From assembly GCA_051942205.1 (NCBI GenBank), contig JAVECO010000185.1, positions 1 to 44,592 on the forward strand: DNA of 44,592 nt, in the 5' to 3' direction. The translations under genes were made by a program, and so were the position numbers. Shown piece by piece: positions 36,739 through 44,592 of the stretch (positions within the stretch are counted from its first letter, which is position 1; every line of letters begins with the position of its first letter). The notes under the pieces were generated by a model. The model saw only the letters and a list, made by a program, of their open reading frames with translations, was not told where the DNA came from and searched no databases. The stretch comes from Coniocarpon cinnabarinum (Eukaryota).

Positions 36739-37529
36739 ACACAGGATGTCTACGACTAAACCACTTGTTCGCATACCGTGTATTTATACTTTGTCCAGGG
36801 TTCATGGCGTTTACCGGCGGCGGGATACTGGTACTTTTTAAAAGTCGTCTTATACCCATCGAGCAGGAGAGAGGGAGTTGATGAAGACAAGTTGTAAGAA
36901 AGAGAAGGGAGTTGCAATCTCCAGGACTGCAGACACAGAAGTGGTTTATGCAAGGATGATTGTGGTGGACGGGTCACACTCCGGGCTTTGAAGAGGGGAC
37001 GAGAGAAGTGATTGCGGAAGCTGTGCTGAAAGGGCAGTTTTATTTCTACTGATGACCGGTAATGAAGCTCAAGAAAGCTGTGAACGACGGCGCAAGTGAG
37101 CGGCATGGTTCTATATTCTTAGGAAAGAGGGGGGATACTTCGGGGTCATCTGCTTACACAGATGTCGACAGTAGATACAGAGAGCATTCCCAGCAGCTCG
37201 AGAAATGAGCTGAGCGAATACATCGCATGATTGATTGATTGATTGACTGATTTCCCATGCGCCTTGACTTGTACTGTGTCGGACGTCAAGCGTGAGAGTC
37301 GCTAGAATGCACGCGTCACGAAGAGGTCGATTCAACGGCTTGCACTTCGTTTCTTTCTTTCCGGTTTCTTCTCACCCGTGGCTCTATGACCCAAGATCGA
37401 TAAAGCGAAATCCCCCCGCAACGGCTCTGAGCTTGGCTTTGTTACACATTCGAGAACACAACTTCTGTGATGTGATGGGAATGAGAACTGCGCAGAATGG
37501 AAAAGGGGATGGTGGGCGGGGAAGGAGGA

Positions 37530-37930
37530 GGAGTATAATAGTATTATTTGAGTCGCGCAGAAGAGCGCTTATATTTAATACTACATTTCTAAATTATGAA
37601 TTTTGTAAGATCTCTTAAGATCTCTGCTAAAGGTTCTACTTAATGATTTTTGATTTTGGCGTCCCGTCACTTTTGTCTACCGCGTGGAGGAGCCTAAGGG
37701 ACGAGCGAGAGACTATCCTTATAGCGTTTATACTTCTTAGTATTCTAGTCTTTTTTCCCTTCGTATCTAGTGCATGCGCTACTTATAACTTTTGTAACGT
37801 CTTGCGTCTATTGTTGTTTGTACAAGTGCCCTTAAGGCGAAATGCCTATATGATTATGGCGTCTATGCCGCTCTACGATCCAAAGCCGACAAAGCGGAAC
37901 CCACCAGAAGAGGTTCTAAAGTTCTCTAGC
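37530..37930. repeat. Short TpA-rich island with RIP-like composition immediately upstream of NPP1
   Basis: Locally AT- and TA-rich and CA-poor (e.g. gagtataatagtattattt, cttatagcgtttatacttcttagtattctag) relative to its flanks. Boundaries are approximate. Confidence 0.45.
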
Positions 37931-37957
37931 TGCGCTATTGAATGAAATATAATCAGG

Positions 37958-40344
37958 ATGGAAGAGCACGAGCGGCAGCAAGGTTCAATCTCCTACGATG
38001 CACCTCCATCCGATTCTGAGTCGGGAGACGACGACAGGCTCTTATCCGATTCAGCGCGGTACGATCACGAATGGCTAGACGGTCAACAAGAGGAGGAAGA
38101 GCTGCTAGCCAAGTCGCGGCAACCGCTGCAACGCATATCACAGAATCAATCAGAACCACAACGTCAACTGGAGATACCTCGCTACCACGAAGAAAAAGGA
38201 ACCGGATCACCCAGGAGGCGCCATGGCAGGCGAGAGCTCATACACAAGATTGAGGAGGGAGGCTCAAGAGGCGAATCTCCCATGTCTGAAGCATCAGAGG
38301 GCTCGTCAGAAAGAGACAGAGAGAAGATGGGTACGATTTTGGCGCACAAGAAGGTCAGTAGAGCTCAGAGGAGCGTGTCCGCATACCGTGATAGCTGACG
38401 AAGGGGTAAGACCTCTCGCACGAGGCGCATATGTGGACTGACGCTCATTCACGTTATCATTGCGGCCCTCTTCGTCATCATCGCCTACGGAGCTTATCAT
38501 GCCTCTCAAGCGACGAGAAAAGAGCCCAACAGGGAGACCATGGTGTCCAACGGAACGTCTCTATTTGCGCCTACGACGCTTTTCATATCCCTCGACGGCT
38601 TTCGAGCTGATTACATTTCGCGCGGGCTGTCCCCAACACTTGCTTCTTTCGTCAAACAGGGCGTCTCTCCAAAGTATATGACTCCATCGTTTCCAAGCCT
38701 CACATTCCCGAACCACTACACAATGGTGACGGGTCTCTATCCAGAATCGCACGGGATCGTGGCAAACACATTCTGGGACGATCGATTCCGCGAAGAGTTT
38801 GTTTACACGAACAAAGCACATAGCATGCAGTCCAAGTGGTGGAATCAGAATCCTCTTTGGGAAACAGCTGAGCGGCAAGGCGTGCCTGCTGCCATCCACA
38901 TGTGGCCTGGGAGCGAAGCACATGTCGGTGATATGGAGCCCAGCTACGTGGACAAGTACAACGGTTCTGAAGTATTGTCCAGGAAGGTGGATCGCATACT
39001 GGGCCTTCTCGATCAGCCTGGTCCCATGGATCACGACGCATCTCTAGAGCAACCACGCCCGCAACTGATTGCTGCCTATGTTCCGAATGTCGATGCTCAA
39101 GGCCACAAATTTGGTCCGAACAGCACTCAGGTCAATGCCACTATCGTCCAGGTGGATGACATGTTGCAGTCACTACTGACAGGACTGGACGCTCGCAATC
39201 TGACCAATATTGTGAACATTGTCATCGTGTCTGATCATGGAATGGCAACGACCGACAGCTCTCGCCTGGTGCAGTTCGAGGATGTTATCGATCCCAATCT
39301 CATTGAGCACATTGACGGCTGGCCCCACTATGGCCTTCGACCGAAGAATATGAATGATGTTCCCACCATACATCACAAGCTTGTCGAAGAGTCCAAGACA
39401 CGTGATGGCTTCGATGTTTTCCTACGGGAAGAGATGCCTGCTCGCTTTCATTTCCAGAATAACGACCGAATCGCGCCGGTTTGGCTGATCGCACATACTG
39501 GCTGGGCGATTGTGACCAAAGACGAATATAATGTCGAGGAGGGTCAAAGCCGGGGTGACGTGTATCACCCTCGTGGCATTCATGGCTATGACCATGAAGA
39601 CCCGCTCATGCGCGCGATATTCGTCGCAAGAGGTCCAGCATTCCCACATCAGCCAGGCAGCAAGGTGAAACCATTCCAAAATATCGAAGTGTACAACATT
39701 GTGTGTGGTAGCTTAGGGCTGCAGCCGCATGCGAATAATGGAACGCTTAGGCTGCCGTTTGAGACGCAGGGATTACATGCAGATGCATTTGACGGGGATG
39801 ACGAAGTCGACGAAACAAACCCTGCAGACGCGAAGGAGATGAACACAAACGACGAGGGGCCTGGAGCAGGTAAGAGCGACACACAAAAGATGACGGGTCA
39901 CGAACTAGACACAAATCTTGAGGATGAACCAGCTGAAGCTGAAGGAAGGCCAGATGGCAAGGAGATGGCAAGAAAATACTGGCAGTGGGTGGGTGCCGAC
40001 CTTGACTACCACTTCGCATGCACGTTATGGCTGACGCATCACAGGTCAAGGGGTCAATGAAGGACTTTGTCGAATGGGTGAGTGACATTTCTCTCTGTGA
40101 ACTGTGCTTCGTCAATAAGTCGCTTTCTAAAAGCCCCGAGGACATTCTAATATCATCGCCATGTTTTTCATTGAAGCTGGCGAACTCGCGAAAGATGATG
40201 ATCTTGGGTCATATGCTGGAGGTCGATTTGCTATCCCAACGCAGTGCCACAGAAAACCTGAGACACCTCCAAAACGCCTGGATGCATTCAGATCCACTGC
40301 ATGACAGTAGCAAGCACACGAGATTTTGTACGCGTATACATTAA
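37958..40344 (+). CDS. NPP1: Type I phosphodiesterase / nucleotide pyrophosphatase (Npp1-like, N-terminal TM anchor); exons 37958-38353, 38411-39988, then from 40045 (3' end uncertain)
   Basis: ISLDGFRADY, catalytic PSFPSLTFPNHYTMVTGLYPESHGIV, VIVSDHGM, GIHGYD...MRAIFVARGPAF. Hydrophobic segment at the start of exon 2. Introns 38354-38410 and probably 39989-40044 (giving WQW|VKGSMKDFVEW). Another donor at 40078 could shorten the end; the unspliced ORF stops at 40060. Confidence 0.9.
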
Positions 40345-40649
40345 TCTGAACATGCTATATTCGTCTAATGCTTCGCATTCGGCCCCTAACCAGCTTGGTT
40401 GCAGCACCAGCCGTTGCTTGAATAACATCAAGATAAGCATTCGAGAGCTGACTATCGTGCAGGCAAAGACTCATTTGCATGTCGACAACCGTCCGCCTCA
40501 AGAAGGCGGTTGACAGTCCGGTGTGAAGAGACGACAAACAACTCGGACCATTCTCGTGAGGAATCGCAAAGCAGTTGCATTCATAGGAAGATCAATTGAG
40601 TCTACAGATCGTCACCCATATTTGAAAGACGAATTGCAGAACTCGATGA

Positions 40650-43260
40650 GAAGTGAGATGATTTCGCAATGAAAACTTGGGTGCATCTTTCTACAATACC
40701 AGCTTCATCGCTCAGCAGAGTGTTTGTTGGAGATCAAGATCAAAGCCATCAGCCAAGCGCTTTCAGCCGAGTCAAGGGCGTTGCGGAAGAGTCATTGCCT
40801 ACCAGGAGGTCCAAAGCAGTCGGGGTTTGGGCCATCTTCGTAGGATTTGCATTGACCCTGAGAACCAACACCGCCTCTGTAAATCGACCTCCGTGGCACA
40901 CCTGAACCCCACCAGATCCTTCAAACAACGTTACCATCTCTCGGGCCACCCTGACGAACAAGTCTTTCTCCGTCACCTTAATCCAGCGGTCTCCTCGCAT
41001 GACGTACAAGTTTGATTCGATCGCCGACAGCACTTTATGAACCGCGACGACACCCCATGGTAACGCTGAACTTACCTACGACTCAGTCCACCGCCTTATT
41101 GAGGCGCCGCCGGCACTCTTCTTCTACTTGTCATGGTATGTTACGACGCAAGGACGTCCGGAATCTCCGTCGCATCGGAGACTGAAAATGAAAAGCCGCT
41201 CCCCGTATCGAGCCACACCGTCTCGGAAATAACGCCCCCAGGCGTTTTATCAAAATAATTTTAGATCGATCCCGGAAGCCTTGCTGGACATTAGAGTGAT
41301 GCGAACGGAATGGTTCGTTCGCATCGCCGGGCGACCATGGCCCCAATGTGGGCGAGCCACGTGGTCTGCTGATCGACAAGGGAGTGCGAGGTCGGGCTTT
41401 TCATCGCCAATTTTGGGCCTTGCCATTCGGGAACGCCGAGCGCGATTCCCTTTTCCGGGTGAGGCTTGCGAGACGCCCGGTGCTTGGATGCCGGGACTGT
41501 AGTCAGTGGAACACCGCATGCGGACTTGGGAAGGCATTTGAGGGTCCCAATGCGAAAATACTAAGATTGCAACAAAACGCCCGGTGCGTATGCGCGCTCG
41601 CATCGGGCAATGGACCCTGATCTGCACGACGTTGGACTCGATGCGACGTGCTCTTCACTCTGTTTACGCGGAGTTTCGCACTGCGAGAGACATTCTGCGA
41701 TGCTTGTGCGCCGACTTTCTCGGCGTATAATACTCGGACGCTTTCCGAGTTGAGTAGCCGCTTCTTGGACTTCCTTCATGCAAACGTTTTCCTTCTTTAA
41801 AAGCTGCGGATCGTGAGTGGAGTCTTTGAGGCACTTGCTGCCTTCACCTCGCCAACAGTGGTAACCTTCATCAAGGAACGGCGCAAGCCTTTAAACCTAC
41901 CACGAACGCCATAATCATCGATTCATGACCCGGCCAAAGGCCATGATGTTATGGCTTTGATCCACACCGCTGCACGCCTCTTCTCGGCCTTGCTCAACAC
42001 TTCTCACTATCGTTGCTTATCGATGAGTCTTTGCGAAGATTGAATCCGGCGAAGTCAAACACTCTAAACAGTAGCCCTTCCTAATTGCAACGATCACCGT
42101 CGCAAGCGCACTAACATTTCTCTCCCGGCCAGAATGTCTCCCATCTAGGTCTGCATTGACTTCAGTTGTCGTAGAGTTCTGTGGCGTTCCATGGGAATAG
42201 GTAAACTAGAGGAATTCGGAAATTCCTGCCGGGGACACGGTCCCTATTCCTACCTGAAAGCGCGGTGCTTCCTTTCCCAGTATCATGTGCAAGGCAATTG
42301 AAGAGTTGGTATGTTTTCAGTCTCACGTCACGGTCATGGCGTCCTGAGACAGGATCAATGTCCTCCACCCAATCGTCAAAACACTCGTCCATTTTGCTAC
42401 AGCGTCAAGTCAAAACGAGATCGCGTATACTCGAGCATTAAGAAAATCGCTCAGCTACCCTCCATCGTTCGTAAGTAGAAGGTCCGTGTACATCTCTGTG
42501 CTTTCCAATGCAGAGGCAACATACCTCAGGATGAGGAAAACATTCACGCAGCCGAGTCGCCTCGATATTAACTTTATCTCACTCTTCCTTTTCAAGTTTC
42601 GATCAAGTTGAGGATTGAAGGGCTTTGCGCTATTTCGCAGCAAGGCGCGAAACAGCCTGTGATACTAGTGTTCGAACGCTTTCTAGGAACAAACCCCCGG
42701 ACGAAACCTATAATGCAGACTAAATCATTAAGATTGACAAAGGTGCGCGGCTGTGTTGTGGCAATGCTTCCATTTAGCCAACCTCCTCCTTTCTTTCAAC
42801 CCTCTAGTCTAACAAAAAAATTCTTCGCTGAATTTTTTTTAAGGTATAAACAGTGCTTTACGCTATTTTAGCGCAATGTAAGAAAATAGCACCTTTGCTT
42901 CTTACATTTAATATTCTATAAAAGACTTACATCTGATCTTTTGTGAAGATAGAAGAATACTAGGCTGTGCGAATGTGACGAGGTCGTAAAGATAGTAGCA
43001 TAGGCTTAACGTCTCTATATAAAATAGATATTCCCAATCTTGTATATTAACAGGCAGCTCAAGTATTAATGTCGCTGCGACTCGTACACAAAGGCTTTTG
43101 CTAACTGGCGAAAGAGGTGGTAGTTATATACGTCCCTTCCTTTCCTGCGGGCGGTTCGTAAGACAGACGCATTAATAGCCTTCTTACGTCTTCACGCTTT
43201 CCCTCGTTTACTGGCTCTGGCTCGCTTAGCTGAACAGGGGAGTTTCGAGATGACTACATA
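40650..43260 (-). pseudogene. Unidentified decayed multi-exon gene remnant
   Basis: A run of protein-like minus-strand ORF fragments (42455-42643, 42162-42392, 41561-41779, 40749-41033). A 62-nt GTAGCT...TTGAC...TAG intron (42458-42397) joins two of them in frame (TNDGG|KMDECFDDW). The upstream frame has several in-frame stops. Boundaries are approximate. Confidence 0.4.
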
Positions 43261-43995
43261 AAGAACCGTAGAAGCTAACAAGGCTGACAAAGCTTATGTT
43301 CGCTACGGGACGCCTAGCTTTGATATCTGCTGCATTGCTCTACTCAGCTAGATGTGATATCGTGTGAAGCCTAGGCTATGTTGTCAACCCGTTGCTCGGG
43401 TACCACCGCTCATGGCGATTGCAATCCCGCCTCCTTATCCAATCCCACTCTTGCGACGACAGAGAAATAGATCCCTAGTGCCTTCCCCACAACGCTGTCT
43501 AACGCTCGCCATTAACGTCTAACAACACTATCGCAATGAGCCTGGATCGCTTACAGTCCTCGAAGCAACAGGGGCTAGCAATGTCTCTTTCTGCTCTCTC
43601 TCCTGCTCTCTTCCTCTACTCTCTTTCTCCTCTTCGATGGAGGCACGACGCACGAAGCAGGCGTACAGAGTTTGTTCCGATGGTCAGTCCGTATCGTTAT
43701 TCTCTTTATGACTGGGGATACCTCGACAGACTCTCGTTCGTCTACTTTAGATACTTGCATTGCGTGCGTCCTATTGTTAACTCATTTGCGTACTTTACTT
43801 ACCTTGCTTACTTGGCTTTCTTCGCAGTTCTTAATGTTTTCGCTAGTTGGGCCATACTACATAATTGTCTAGGTTGTTTATCTAGCACAGCTACAACATT
43901 ATAGCTATAATCCAGAATAGTCTTAATATAGAGTAGCTTTAATGTCAAATAGATTTAAGTATAGAATAGCCATAAGATACAACAGCTATATTATA

Positions 43996-44171
43996 GAATA
44001 GTTACATCACAGGATAGTTACATCACAGGATAGTTACAATATCGAATAGTTACAATATCGAATAGTTACAATATCGAATAGTTACAATATCGAATAGTTT
44101 CAATATCGAATAGTTACAATATCGAATAGTTACAATACAGAATATCTGCAACACAGGATAGTTACAACACA
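43996..44171. repeat. 16-bp minisatellite, about 11 units (consensus GAATAGTTACAATATC; variant GGATAGTTACATCACA)
   Basis: Units read directly at 43996, 44012, 44028, 44044, 44060, 44076, 44092, 44108, 44124, 44140 and 44156. Confidence 0.9.
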
Positions 44172-44457
44172 GGATGGCAATAGCAAAGAATAGCAATCGA
44201 AGATCATTTCGAATGAATACGCCAAATATTCATCAAAGTTCGAAGAGTACTCATCTCCTAGGATAGAGACGATGGATACCACGTCGTCCCAGTATCCCAG
44301 ATCTCTCGACATCGTCACCGGATATGATCTAGTATCATACTTAATATTGCTTCGATGTCATATCACTGGATCTGATCACTAGACCACATCACTCGCCCAT
44401 CGCTGATCGCCCGTCGCTGATCGCCCCTTCCCATCAATTCTCTATAACCATCTCTTT

Positions 44458-44592
44458 CCCTCCTCAATATCCCTCCTCAATATCCCTCCTCAATATCCCT
44501 CCTCAATATCCCTCCTCAATATCCCTCCTCAATATCCCTCCTCAATATCCCTCCTCAATATCCCTCCTCAATATCCCTCCTCAATATCCCTC
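44458..44592. repeat. Perfect 13-bp tandem array (CCCTCCTCAATAT) x10.4, running off the window end
   Basis: Ten identical units plus a partial unit, read directly. Confidence 0.95.

Noticed and set aside
818..40344. A functional metabolic gene cluster formed by EPT1, GPI2, PMT4 and NPP1
   Set aside because: These are dispersed housekeeping genes from different pathways, with no backbone enzyme or evidence of co-regulation.
42720..42780. IATTQPR (DEAH-helicase motif Ia-like) and AHLC (His-Cys endonuclease-like) words in the decayed gene
   Set aside because: Isolated short matches in different frames, with none of the other required motifs nearby.
43996..44171. CRISPR-like array
   Set aside because: Units are directly adjacent with no unique spacers; eukaryotic context; no cas genes.
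44458..44592. 13-bp repeat as a telomere
   Set aside because: The C-rich strand runs toward the right end, the wrong polarity for a chromosome terminus, and the unit is not the TTAGGG typical of filamentous ascomycetes.

Overview
A filamentous-ascomycete (Pezizomycotina) nuclear window. Evidence: short GT-AG introns, mostly 50-60 nt, with CTRAC-like branch sites, and TpA-rich DNA with a RIP-like signature at both ends. Nine conserved genes are recognisable: EPT1/CPT1-type phosphotransferase, RPE1, an ELMO/CED-12 protein, a divergent (tubB-type) alpha-tubulin, GPI2, an Lrg1-type LIM-RhoGAP, PMT4, an Esc1/DevR-type bHLH factor preceded by about 8.5 kb with no convincing gene, and an Npp1-type pyrophosphatase/phosphodiesterase. 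The most notable feature is an ~8.5 kb island (6141-14676) between the ELMO gene and alpha-tubulin. It holds a tandem array of at least 8 small, highly divergent paralogs. They share a split F-box-like signature, LPxE(L/I)xxxI ... Y-x6-[LIC]-[AST]-x-[VIL]-[SC]-[KR], with roughly 20-35 extra residues between the halves and no WD40/LRR substrate domain. Two copies are frameshifted, one is inverted, and two further relics are tentatively visible, which suggests birth-and-death evolution. The right end carries an unidentified decayed multi-exon gene and two minisatellites. All family calls come from motif recognition by eye; no database searches were run.
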